Shown here: piece by piece, positions 38,552-52,685 of the stretch
Layout: every line of letters begins with the position of its first letter
Position numbering within the stretch: position 1 is the first letter of the stretch
Source: Octopus sinensis
Lineage: Eukaryota
Assembly: GCF_006345805.1 (NCBI RefSeq)
Contig: NC_043000.1
Location: 94,240,001 to 94,304,000 of the forward strand
DNA: 64,000 nucleotides
Direction: 5' to 3'
Position numbers and translations under genes: made by a program
Notes under the pieces: model-generated
What the model was told of the DNA's origin: nothing
Seen by the model: only the letters and a program-made list of their open reading frames with translations
Database searches by the model: none

Positions 38552-40311
38552 ATATATATATATATATACATATATATATGTATATATATATGCATGTATG
38601 TATGTATATATGTATATGTATGTATGTATGTATGTATGTATATATATATGTATGTATGAGTGTGTATAGCAAGACCACATTTACTTTAATGTACTTCTAT
38701 ATGACGATAGCGTTAATATGTCTTGATATGAATTCATATATGCATACATTCATACACACGCATCATATGTACGTGTGTACTAAATACACATATACACATA
38801 CACCTGCGCTTACTTCGTGTGTGTGTGTGAGAGAGAGAGAGGGGAGAGAGAGAGGGGGAGAGAGAAAGAGTGTGCGTGTGTGTGTTTGTGAAATCTTCTA
38901 GTTGCTTTGCTGAGATTGTTTCAAGATTGACTCAAGGGATTAGAGTTTCGTGCCAATACATTCATCGGATATTTGCTTGGGACTTTTGCCTTGGCACGAA
39001 ACTGTAGAGATTCGAGCCACTGCTGTGGCAACCTCAGCTAACATAACCTGATATAGCCTCTACGTATTTAGGTTTCTTTCTGCCCTTTTTATAAAACTAG
39101 AAGTTCCTTAAAGCATAGCGACGTATGTGTATATTTATATGTAGATATGTGTATGCGTCACTGTGTGGATGTGTAAATGTGTGTGCGTACGTGAGTGCGT
39201 CTGGTTATGTACATAAATAGAGAGAGAGAGTGAGAGAAAGAGACACACACACAGACAGACAGAAACAGAAAGAAAGAGAAAGAGTACGCAGGTAATACAT
39301 ATAATATATTTAATTCCTGGAAGTGCACAGCAACTCATCAGATAGTCGGTGCTATGATTTTATGGGTATGTGACTGAGGTATAGCACACAAAAAATGCCG
39401 AACGTTTAACGCAAGTTACAAGTTACCTCACGAGACATTTTGGCGTTATGGTTACTGTTCACCTCACCAGCCAGTGATGAATTAAAGCCTAGTATTCTTT
39501 TAGCCCCCCCCCCACACAGATACACAGACACTGTGTATGTATATATATATATACATATACATATATATATGAGTGTGTGTGTAGAAGGTGGAAAAGGAAC
39601 AGACGAGTTGATAATCAGCGAAAATTGAGAATATAATCTGGTACTTGACCGAAGAAAGGAAACTTCGAATGACTCGTCCTTGTTTTCTTTGTATCGTCTA
39701 CCAGGATGTTTTGTCGTCCCATTTTTTTATCACCTAACTGTCCGGATGTTTTGCGTTCTTGTCCCATTTTGTATGTTATATATATATATATATATATATA
39801 TAATCAAAGCAATTAAGATTCAAGTCAATTCCAATGAATTTACTTGAATGTGGTACTTAACTTAGATGCACCAGAAAAACTATATGGTGTTAACCATACA
39901 GTAATGTGGGGTGATTATAAACGAGAAAGAAGCAACAAGAATGGATTAGTTTTTAGTACAATTGTTTCATACAAAGACAGGCTTTATTAAAAATTTTAAA
40001 AAATTTATAAATTGAAAAATTTTTAAATATAAAAATTTAAAATTATTAAATTTTAATAATTTAAATTTTATATTTTATACATTATATATTATATTAATTA
40101 TATCTATTTTTGTTTTTCATGTTTTGGTTTATGCCTATCACTGAGTTGCCTAATAATGGAGAAATTATACAAAATGTATAAGCGGATGATGAGTAAAGCA
40201 CCAGCGCAGTTTCGATTATCTGTTATTATCCGTAGATTGCAGGAACTTCATAGTGGCGGTTGAGGTAACAGTATTAATAAAATAGATGGAAGAAAAAAAA
40301 GATTTTATTTA

Positions 40312-40351
40312 GTACGACCCGTATCGACCCGTTCTGGGTCTCTTCGGATAC
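40312..40351 (-). ncRNA. Decayed hammerhead-like motif
   Basis: GUAU-CCGAAGA-GACCC(agaac)GGGUC-GAUA-C-GG-GUC-GUAC. Two core substitutions; stems intact. Confidence 0.45.
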
Positions 40352-40734
40352 ATAAATATATATATGCCATTCACATTATAATGGTTAGTATGTCAACTTA
40401 CAAATAGTTGCTGAAAGATTGAAGTGGACATTTTACCTCGCCGAGAAATAATATCTATTTTTTTTTATCTTAGTCTGCTAATGGAAAATACGTTCAGAGT
40501 ACCCTGCTAGTGAAATATAATTTGGGACATTAAAATTCTTGACAGGTGGTCTATCATTTGTAGATGTAATCAACATAAGCAGGAAAATCTACGTTCATCC
40601 ATGCGAAACATTGAAAGTGCTCCATGACTCAGCAGATCTTCGGTGCTATGACTTGATGACTATGTGAATTAAATAAATGAAAGAATGGATCTCAAATTTG
40701 CCACTCAAAGAAAATATTATGTTTATATTTTTTC

Positions 40735-41110
40735 TTTTTATTCTTTTATTTGTTTTACTCAATTTGACTGCAGCCATGCTGGAGCACGGCCTTGAATGGT
40801 TTTAGTCGAACAAATCGACCCCAGGACTTATTCGTTGTAAGCCTAGCACTAATTCCATTGTCTTTGCCGAGCCGCTAAGTTACGGGGACGTAAACACACC
40901 AGCATCGGTTGTCAAGCGATGGCAAAGGGATAAACACATACACACATATACGACGGGCTTCTTTCAGTTTCCGTCAACCAAATCCACTCGCTTTTGTCGG
41001 TCCGCGGTTATAGTAGAAGACACTCGCCCAAGGTGTCACGCAGTGAGACTGAATCCGGAACCACGTGGTTGGGAAGCAAGCTTCTTACTACAACAGCCAC
41101 GCCTTCGCGT
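40735..41110 (-). mobile_element. SINE family B
   Basis: Reverse complement of 14586-14995. Confidence 0.8.
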
Positions 41111-41249
41111 CCATATATGCAATACTTATTCTGTCCTTATGCTGTTTATATGTTTAAGTATCTTATTCATCAAGGATTTTACTTTTTCCTATTCTTCCTA
41201 TTATATTCCGAACTTTTTTATCAACATTTGTAGAACTTCATAATTTCAC

Positions 41250-42450
41250 TTTATGAATTGAGTTATGTTGGCGTATGGTACTGCTTCTTTATATTCGATA
41301 GAGGTAATGTGATTAGCATAGATATTATCAGAATTTGAATTTTTGGCCATCGGATTTATACTTTCATCATCATGTGATACTGTTTCTTTGTGATTAGTGT
41401 AAGTTTTGGGCATGCTTATTCTATCACTGTGTTCTTTTTATAACATATGACTTCTATCACTAATCGTCAATTTCTGCTAGAAAATCGTATAAAGAACAAA
41501 TATCTTAACCACTCATGCTTTCTCACCTGGGCTTATGTATTGATGTAGCGCACTGTTTTAAATCCTTGGTGAGTTCATACGATATTGTTGTGTTTGCATG
41601 ACCGATAAAACAGTTCAAGTCGTGAAGTTTACAACTTTCAAGTTTGCCATTGAATTTATAAATCACATTGGTCATAAATAGCTTCTTCTCGGGTTTATAG
41701 ACTTACGGCTTGCTAGAGATACGATTTTAAATTCAAATAATTTTGTAGTATGTTAGACTTTGCATTCGTATAATTCATTTTTCATTCTATTTTGAGAGAT
41801 TTTTGAGAAATGCGTTCATCTGTTCGATAATCCTTCGAGTCGTGTCTATGGCCGTCATATTGCTGTAATTTACGTATGTATATATTGCGCTAATTGCCTT
41901 CGTGAACTCTTCTATTCAATGTCATTATATCGTTTTTCATTCATCCTTTTTTTCTACTCAAGATTATTTTACATACTTCGTTCGTGGAGAACAATATCTA
42001 GGTTCTATAATATAGGGAATTCACCACTGATATTTTGTATACGTGTGGATAGATGTCTCCATGTAAGTGTATCTATTCATGTCTTTTATATTAACAGCCA
42101 CGATATATCCGTTATTTTCTCTTTGGACTTTACGTCTAGAAAAGGATCCATTGTCTTTCAAAGGCGATATATTTGTATTACTCTGGCGGAGACGTTTTTA
42201 GGTTTTCTCTTAATTTCTTGATGGTTTTCAGTGTGATCACTTTCTCGAATATATATCTCTCACGTTCCTGGTGTACATCATATATTTATGTCTTGATAGC
42301 ACTTCTAGATATAAACATTCAGAAAATCATTCAAGCATAAATATATCAAGAAGCCAGTAGATTATTAATTTTAAGTTAAATTTTAGGAGAATGCTTTATA
42401 TCTGTGACAACTCCTATTGTTTATGCGCATGGTATTTAGGATTGAATGCT
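41250..42450 (-). pseudogene. Decayed Penelope-like RT thumb and GIY-YIG endonuclease
   Basis: Minus frames give PFLDV, YPHVYKISVVNSLYYR (~42000-42050) and TNVIYKFNG..C..NCFIGHANTTISYELT (~41580-41672). Many stops and frameshifts. Confidence 0.7.
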
Positions 42451-42517
42451 AAACGTTTAACAAAATGAATCATATATGTGGGAGTATATAAGGTATATAA
42501 ACATGTATATCTAGCTG

Positions 42518-42600
<83 letters not shown>

Positions 42601-42603
42601 CTC

Positions 42604-42643
<40 letters not shown>

Positions 42644-43199
42644 TATATATGTATACATGCATACATATATACACACATATACATATATATATACGTGTAT
42701 ACATATATACACATATATATGCATATTCATATATATATATACATATACATACATCTATATATATGCATATATATGCATGTATATATATATATGCATATAT
42801 ATATGCATATATATGTATGCATATATATATATCTGTATGTGTGAGCGTGTGTGTGTAAAGGTAAGATCAAAGATCAAGGTGTAGGAAGCTAGTAAGATTC
42901 GAGTAGTCCGCAGAAAGTATAAAGAACAACATTCTATAGTGGTTTATTGACGCAGAAATTGTAGATTTTTCCCATATCGAAGGTCGATAAGCTGAAAAAA
43001 GTTATTTTATTGTTTATGGTTATCACGTGGAGTTGATATGTATGCGAAAACAAATCTAATAAAACACTTTGAGGCGAAGAGGAGCTAGCGGATTACCCTT
43101 CATTTGGGTAATTACTACTTGTGAGGGTCTGCTAGCTATGAAATATATGTGGCCTGGGTTTTATCTACATCATTCTCTAATTTTGGATATATATTCTTT

Positions 43200-43764
43200 T
43201 GCTTTTATTTCTCTTTTGCTTGTTTCAGTCATTTGACTGCAGCCATGCTGGGGCACCGCCTTTTAGTCGAGCCCTTGACTTATTCTTTGTAAGCCTACTA
43301 CTTATTCTATCGGTCTCTTTTCCCAAACCGCTACGTTTGTTTGTTCCTACTCGAGCCACGCCTGGCTCATAAGCGTCGGTTTCCCGGTTTCCTTGGCGTA
43401 TAGGTTCCCCACCTGGACGGGACGCCGGTCCGTCGCTGATGAGCTGCAAGATGCAGGAGGAAAGAGCGAGAAAAAGTTGTGGCGAAAGAGTCAGCAGAAG
43501 TTCTCTATTACCTTCTGCCAGATCCGCGTGCAGCTTAGGTGTTTCGCTCATAAACACACACATCGTCTGGTCTGAGATTCGAACCCGCGATCCCTCAACC
43601 GCGAGACCGCTGCTCTAACCACAATGCCATGTGCTTCTACAACCGCTAAGTTAGGGGAACTTAAATACACCAGCACCGGTTGTCAAGTGATGGGGGAGGG
43701 GACAAACACAGACACACAAGCACATACATACATATATACGTACATATATATACGTACATATATA

Positions 43765-43834
<70 letters not shown>

Positions 43835-43935
43835 TGCGAGACTGTAGTGGAAGACACTTTCCCAAGATGTCACGCAGTGGGACTGAACCCAGAACTATGT
43901 GGTTGGTAAGCAAGCTACTTACCACACAACCACTC
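43200..43935 (-). mobile_element. SINE family B interrupted by SINE family C
   Basis: B sequence resumes exactly after the insertion. Confidence 0.8.
43334..43640 (-). mobile_element. tRNA-derived SINE, family C, with an 8-bp target-site duplication
   Basis: Minus head ...tgtggttagagcagcggtctcgcggttgagggatcgcgggttcgaatc; (AAAC)n tail; aaccgcta at 43326-43333 and 43641-43648. Confidence 0.85.
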
Positions 43936-43944
43936 CTATGGTAC

Positions 43945-44345
43945 CAACGAGATTACAGGTCACGTGATTTTAGCCTTCCCTGGCGTCAATGGGAGGCGCC
44001 TCGGGGAGAGAGATAGAAGCGATATCTTTGCTAACGATATACATAGAATTACAGTAACTAAACAAACACTCATGTGGTGATTAGCCAGTGGGCTTCTTAA
44101 AAGATAATTATTAGCGACACAAGCAGTATTAATAACAGAGGGTAGTATTTGTCCCCACTTAAAAGTGGATATTGTGTTACACCACAAAATACTCCGACAG
44201 TTACGACGAAGGAAAACCTCACTTTGGCTTTCGTGCATATAACCGATCTTGTTTATATCGCTTGCAGGGATATAAATCACCCGCCATCGCCGAAGCTAGA
44301 GGATCACATGACTTCAATCTTCCCTGATTTTGTCAATGGTAGACG
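43945..44345 (-). repeat. Second locus of the ~340-bp hammerhead repeat (two hammerhead motifs 344 bp apart)
   Basis: Shares gattagccagtg, ccccacttaaa.gtggat, gtttatatcgct..gataaa and cac.tga.tt...gtcaatg with 13700-14560. Confidence 0.8.
44296..44342 (-). ncRNA. Hammerhead motif copy 5 (U3-A8 core; A15.1G)
   Basis: UUGACAA-AAUC(agggaa)GAUU-GAAG-UCAUGUGA-UC. Stem II is a perfect 4 bp with a different sequence from copies 1-3. Confidence 0.6.
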
Positions 44346-44547
44346 CTTGAGGCCATATGTGTGTATGTGTGTGTAAATCAGTAGACGGTTGAAGACATAT
44401 ATGTATATGTGACTTATAATTCAGTTTTCGAGGTTGCATCGTGGTTATACCGATATAATGTAGGATAAACATAATAAGAACAATAATTCTAGGGGGTAAT
44501 TTATAAATATTTACAAATATTTATAAATTCAAACCTAGAATTATTGT

Positions 44548-44651
<104 letters not shown>

Positions 44652-44799
44652 CATATGTATGTATGTATGTATGTATGTATGCATGAATGTATGAATGAAT
44701 GAATGTACGTACATACGTGCGTACGAATGAATCTATGTATGTATACATGTATGTATGTGTATATATATATGTATGTATATATATATATATATGTATATT

Positions 44800-44893
<94 letters not shown>

Positions 44894-45925
44894 ATATATA
44901 TATACACGCGGCTATAACGGCAAGTTTTTCATGGTATCTATTAAGTGCATAAACTTAAATTTTACTAATAATCAAGTTTTACGGGATTTCAATTATAAAA
45001 GAGATTATGGTATGAAAAATCAATGTTTAAAACTATATAACTTGACGAGCCTTAAGAAAAGAAATTAAACAGTAATGGACACGGTTGGGTGCAGCAGCAT
45101 TTAACCGAAAATATAAAATCAACACTGAATAACGATGAGAGATTTCATTTATCTGTTAGAGATTCACTACAGGATAGTATCAAATGATTTTTATTTGGAT
45201 TGATAAGTAATATCGTAGAATATGGTTGTTAAAAATATTGTATGAAAGGTGAAGTGGTAGGGTTATATTAAAAAAATGTTTTGACTTTGAAGTTAAAATA
45301 CAAGACTAATACAAGTTTTATATGAATGATGAATTTATAATTATAAGGTGTGTTTGGATATCTTGTTCAGAAGTATGTTACGAAGGTTGAAAGAAAAAAA
45401 TTTTAAAGATTTCTAATACCAAACGATTATCAAAATATCTAAATTATAACCAAATTTTGTGATAAAAGAGTTTTATTAATAAAAATTTGATATTAATATA
45501 CACGTGCTTTAAGTTCTGAGTTCAAATTCCGCTGAAGTCGACTTCGCCTTTCATCCTTTAGTGGTCGATAAATTAAGTACCAGTTGCGTATTAGGTTCGA
45601 TCTGATCGACTGGACCCCTCCCCAAATATTTCGAGCCTTGTGCCCAGAGTAGAAAAGAATACACAAGTGCTTTAGGGCGGTGAACTGGTAGAATCGTTAC
45701 CACACCGGGTTAAATGTTTAGCAGCATATCGTCCGTTTTTACGTTCTGAGCTCAAATGCTGTCGAGGTCAACTTTGCCTGTCCTCATTTCGGGATCAATA
45801 AAATAAGTACCAGTTGAATACTGGGATCGTTATATCGATTTACCCGCTGCTCCAAAATTTCAGGCCCTGTGCCTACAGTATATTGTTATTATTATTATTA
45901 TTATTATTATATTATTATATTATTA

Positions 45926-45989
<64 letters not shown>

Positions 45990-47084
45990 TACGGCGGCGA
46001 GCAGGCAGAATCGTTAGCACGCAGCGCAAAATGCTTAACAGCATTTCGCCCGTCTTTATGTTCTGAGCTCAAATTCTGCCGAAGTCAACATTCATTCTTT
46101 CAAGGTCGATGAAATAAGTACGAACTGAGGTCGGTGTAATCGACTCAGTTCTAAATCCGAAACTTCTGACCTTGTGCCAAAATTTGAAAATAATACACAC
46201 ATGCTTAAGGGATTTGGCAGAATTGTTAGCACGCCACTCAAAATGCTTAACGGCATTTCGTCCCTCTTTATGTTCTGAGTTCAAATTCTACCGTGGTCAA
46301 CTTTGCCTTTCATCTTTTCAGGGTAGCTGAAATAAGTGTCTGTTGAGCACAGGGATCGATGTAATCGATTTAGCTCCTCCTCCATTATTGCTGATCTTGT
46401 GCCGAAATTTGAAACAATATACGTATTCCTATAAAATTGAAGTTACAAGGATATATTTATTATAAAGGAATCCTTGTTCTATATAGGTGTTCCAAAGGCG
46501 TCATACATGTGTCGCAAAACCCTTCTCCGGTGAGGATTAAGAACGGAATTGAAGTAGGTGGTACATGCCTATCTATGAGAAGTGCGTGTTTAATATGGTT
46601 ATTATCGTGTGCTATCTAACGAAAAGTAAACCAACTGAAAGATATTTGGAAGTCAATGTTACATTTAGAAAGTGAAGTGAGGGCAAAAAAGAACAACGTT
46701 TCGAAGGGCTGGTTGGGTAAATGCAATTATTGGGTAATCTAATTAGTTTAAAGGGAATGTCAAATTGACATCTATCATCACCTTTTATTTTTTTATCTCT
46801 TACTTTTTACAGTCATTAGATTGCGACCGTGCTGGGGCACGGCATTGAAGATCTTTTAGTCAATTGAATCGACCGCAAGTACTTATTTGTTTTAAAACTG
46901 GTATTCATTCCGTCGGTCACTTTTACCGAACTACCAATTTACAACGAAATAAACACATCAGCACCGGTTTTCAAGCGGTGTGTGTGGGGAGGGACAAATA
47001 TAAATTCACACACATACACACATATACACACACACATTTAGATACATACATACATAATACACACATACATACATATACACACAC

Positions 47085-47144
<60 letters not shown>

Positions 47145-47149
<5 letters not shown>

Positions 47150-47340
47150 AGAGTTAACGAAAAAACAAAAGACGAAAACAGGTGGTGTACAAAACAAACA
47201 GATGTATTAGTATAACACTCAGGAATTGAAAAGGTCTTTTACGTTTCGAGCCTACGCTCTTCTACAGAAAGGGACACAGAAAAAGATAAGGAAAGAAACA
47301 AGGAGAGAAAAATAATGTGTGTAGTGGCTACCGATCTATC
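47145..47340 (-). mobile_element. PLE-type terminal fragment with a hammerhead-like motif at 47236-47271
   Basis: CUUU-CUGUAGA-A-GAGC(guag)GCUC-GAAA-C-GUA-AAAG, lying between (TA)n tracts. Confidence 0.55.
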
Positions 47341-48410
47341 ATATATATATATATCTGACCGCATTTTTTCAATTACTGTCAATGAAATTCACTCACAAGG
47401 CTTTAGTCGGCGCGAAGCCATACTAGAAAATACTTACCGAACGTGCCACTTAGTGAGACTGAACCGAAAACCATGTAGTCGAAAGTAAGCGTTTTATCAC
47501 ATAACCACACCTGCGCCTAGGAATATTTATATTCAGTCTAGAAAAAATGCAGGGTAACCTTATTAGTGACCAGGTCGCAATTTCGAGCGACGAAAATGTT
47601 GATACCAAATAACAGATAATAAACGTTTTAGTGAAGTCGGCAGCTTTTGAGCGCTTTTGAATGACTAAGATATGTCTTTCCCACTACAATTGTTTTAGAT
47701 TCAACACATAGTCTCAGATCAAGTTACTTGCCTAGTAAATACACCTTCGTAGTAGCAAAGCCAGTTGAGCAAAATGGCTGTCCTTATAAAGGCGTGTTAG
47801 AAAATACTATTATGTTATTTAGGGAAACAAAATCGGTAGTAAAAGGAAGAAGGAAAACATTAAAAACATGGCTATGTGGTTTGATTATTCAACTTCGTAT
47901 AAAATAACTGATTTGGCAATCTCAGTGAGTAGCAATTTCACATTAAAGATTATTATCCTTCCACCTCAGATCAAATTAATTAACAAATTACCTTAATTTT
48001 GTAAATTAAATTAGCAACCGCATTTCTTCCTGATAATGCAACAGACATACGATAGAAAGCAGATTAAGAGAAAGAAAACAAATGACCCCTTATACATGAC
48101 TGGTATTTGGTTTAGTAACCCTGAGAAGATGAAGTGCGTAATTGTCCTGGGAGCGATTTCAACTCAGAACGTAGAGAGCCAGAACGGTTAACAAAAAAAC
48201 CCAATCTACCCGACGATCTAATGACTCTACCAATTGGTACCAGCATACATGTGTGTGTGTGAGAGAGAGAGAGAGGAGAGAGAGAGAGAGTGTGTGTGTA
48301 TGTGTGTGCGTCTGTACGTCTGTGTGTATATATTTCCTTATACACACACATACATATGTATAAATGTGTGAATACATATGAATATATATGGACTTATATA
48401 TATAACTATA

Positions 48411-48468
<58 letters not shown>

Positions 48469-48474
48469 TGTATG

Positions 48475-48508
<34 letters not shown>

Positions 48509-50182
48509 TGTACGTATGTATATGTATATATGTGTGTGTGTGTACATACTCCTATATATGTATATGAATGTGAGTGTGTATGTGCGTATGTGTGTTTGTG
48601 CGCACGCGCTACAACTAACATTAGCATAAGGCACGGAATTGAAATCTAAAAGGGTGTAAACTCGGATAAACCGCGGCATACATTCTGTTCTACTGATTAT
48701 CGATGATAAACGCAATCGAAAATAATTAATAACATAATGGTCTGTCTGAATGTATAGATATTTATGACCCATTGTCATTAAGCAGGCTGGTAATGTTTCT
48801 GCTGATAATACTCTTATTGCTAATGGTTTTCCTGCTTACCAATAATCTTCAGTTCTTGTCCCCACACGTAGATTTCTCTGTTTTAACTGTCTTTATCTCG
48901 TCGAACATTATTACTAACAGTTACACCCCCATAGCCCTAGCTTTCCATTTCTCCCTACCTTTATTTATTTTCTTCTTTCTATTTCTTCGCTGTTTCTTTT
49001 TTCTTCTCTTTAACCGTTCATCCCTTAAGTCTGATAATTATCATTATCTGTTTTCTTCCTCTACGATGTCTGGATTTATAGACATACGAACCTATTTTCA
49101 TACTTACATATGTATTCCTGCACGTATGTATGCATGTATCTATACATGTATCTCTGTATACATGTGTGTGCCTGTGTGTTCTGAGATGCACTATGTGACA
49201 TAAGGCGTACCAAGAAAGTCACTGAAGGTTGAGCTAAAATTTCAACTAAAATTTGAATTTCACAAGTTAAATATAGTTATCTTCTCTTCAGAAAATGTAT
49301 TCTGTTTTCGTTATAGAAACCATCCTTTAAGAGTCATTGACCAGTGGAACAACGAAAAGTGTGGCTTCTGTGACATTTTGAATTAGGATGCATATTTTTT
49401 ATAATAGCCTAGCTTTGCTTTCTAATTAATCGGACATTCGTGAAATTTAAAGAAGCAGCAAAATGCATCGGAATAATTCTACAAGATGGAGAAGTTCATC
49501 GTACGTTCTTCACAAAATACGATGCCTTGAGTACACATATACAATATAGTGTATATATGGCGTCGTAAATAACTGGCATATTTAATCTTTATATTTCATC
49601 ACTAATCCATGCTGCTAAAATCTTCATTTGAGGAATAATGGTGTTTTAGCCTGCAGTCAGATAGACTGCACGAAGTACGCACTGTTGCCTTTAATCAATA
49701 CTTTCCTTTTCAAAATTTTACAGACAGTTGAAGAGCCCATGCAATATCAACAGTTGTTTTAGCAGTATTTTCAGCTTGGTGTTGTCTTATGCTTTGTTGT
49801 TTCTTCCAAAGTTAAGGATCTTCTTAGTTTTTACTTCTGTTTTTTTTTCTCTGATGTTTTAGCAATTGTAATTTTATTTCTTTATGGCACGTTGATATGA
49901 AAAAAAATTGTCAAATTTTTAATGAAAAGGCAAAGAAACTAGAAGTAAATAGAAGTAGAAGAATATATGGTTAATCTTCGTTTCCTTGGTGAATCGAAAC
50001 AAGCATAATAGTGCCCTGCAAAAGAGGCTGATGTCTTGGAATTTAGTAATGGTAACTTTACTGTTGGCTCAGCTGACATGAGTATTTATCCGCTCGTACA
50101 TCGTGTTGTGTGAAAAACAAGGTCCTTAATCTATCACCCTGTCTTTGAAAGTCTTGAAAACCTTCCGAAGGCACTGACATTC

Positions 50183-51117
<935 letters not shown>

Positions 51118-51685
51118 TGAAGATTAATTTTTCCTCAATAGCATGTATATATTTTTGACAGAAAATTACCTAGTCTTTTCCAATTAACACCTGGAATACA
51201 AGAGGGATTCATAATGTTATCTTTTCTTAGCGCTATATCACTGTTTTGTTTAAAAGTAAAACATACCAATTGTCTGTAGTATAATGGCAGAAATCAGAGA
51301 AATGTTGATTTCTTCAGATGGTAATCAGCAATATTTAATTTGTGTATAAAAGTCTCAGTCATAGCGAACATAAAAGTGAAAGCCGGGAACCCCAGAATTA
51401 AAATGACAATATAGAAGTAACTGGGCGCATTAATGATTGAAAATCTTTTAAAATCGACAATACTGAATTAGGCGATAAGATTAAATTTCAATAGGATTAT
51501 TCTATCATATAATTAAGTAATTGTTCTCTCCAGAATTGAAGTTAAAAGGTGATAATCTCAAATCTCAAGAACCAAAGAATTCCCCAAAGTTGACATGCTG
51601 TTAAGGAAAAAACCCGCGATAACATGACATTCGTGAAAATGTATATCCAGCTTAATAGCTGTGATCAGCACGACCACATATATAT

Positions 51686-51729
<44 letters not shown>

Positions 51730-52001
51730 ACACACACACGCACATACACACACACACCTATACTGATACGAATTTACATCTTCTGTAAATATGACAGATG
51801 TAGTACAATTGGACTAAAGCAATTCTTCGAATTTCTCTATGCATGTGTGTGTAAATATATACATGCATACACACACACACATATATATATATAAACGTAT
51901 GCATACTGGAAGAGCCTCCTCCAGCTGGTTATTGATGCAATATATACCGGGTTTATATATACATACATACATACATACATACAATATATATAGATATATA
52001 G

Positions 52002-52055
<54 letters not shown>

Positions 52056-52647
52056 CATATATTTATATATATTTATATTTATATATATACACATTCATAT
52101 ATATATGTACAGTCATATGTATGCGGGGGTGTAGAAAAATTGGTACTAACCATGCATTTCGTATCATTAATACACTTTTTAAAAAAGTATTCCAAGACCT
52201 ACTTTCATCATTTACTGATTGATTATATTTCTTTAGTGGACAAAGACCCACTTTGCTTGTAATTAATCTCCTAAGTAAAAGTTCTAACGAGAAATTAATT
52301 CAACGTATGGAAACCTTCATTATCCGGTAGAGGTTATTACTTTCCTTTAACTTTCCCGATAGATTATCTTGCCTTTTGTGAATTTCTTTACAATTTCATT
52401 CATTAGTTTTCGATTCTCCATGATTACATTCCATTTTTGCTCTTCTTGTCTGTTCTTTAAAGAAAAAAGAAAAAAAAAGATAAAACCAAAATTTTACTCG
52501 GAAAGAATAAAAAGAGAAAAATGAAGCAAAAGTGAAGACGAGACTGTGGTAACGGTGCATAGAAAATGTTTTCTTTTTTTTAAATCGGATGTCATTTTTT
52601 AATACTGTATTCTCAAGTAGTTAAATAAGTGTGTGTGTGCATATATA

Positions 52648-52685
<38 letters not shown>

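Noticed and set aside
39960-40110. Extremely AT-rich block with quasi-palindromic runs
   Set aside because: Low complexity and possibly error-rich consensus; no specific structure can be supported.
43960-44345. Peptides RLPLTPGK / RLPLTKSGK resembling an adenylation-domain A10 motif, and other short ORFs in the 340-bp repeat
   Set aside because: Stops follow immediately, frames differ between copies, and the conserved bases are explained by the hammerhead fold.
46690-46720. ccttCGAAACGTT (minus strand) as a hammerhead 3' half
   Set aside because: No matching CUGAnGA or UUGAnAA core with a stem II nearby.
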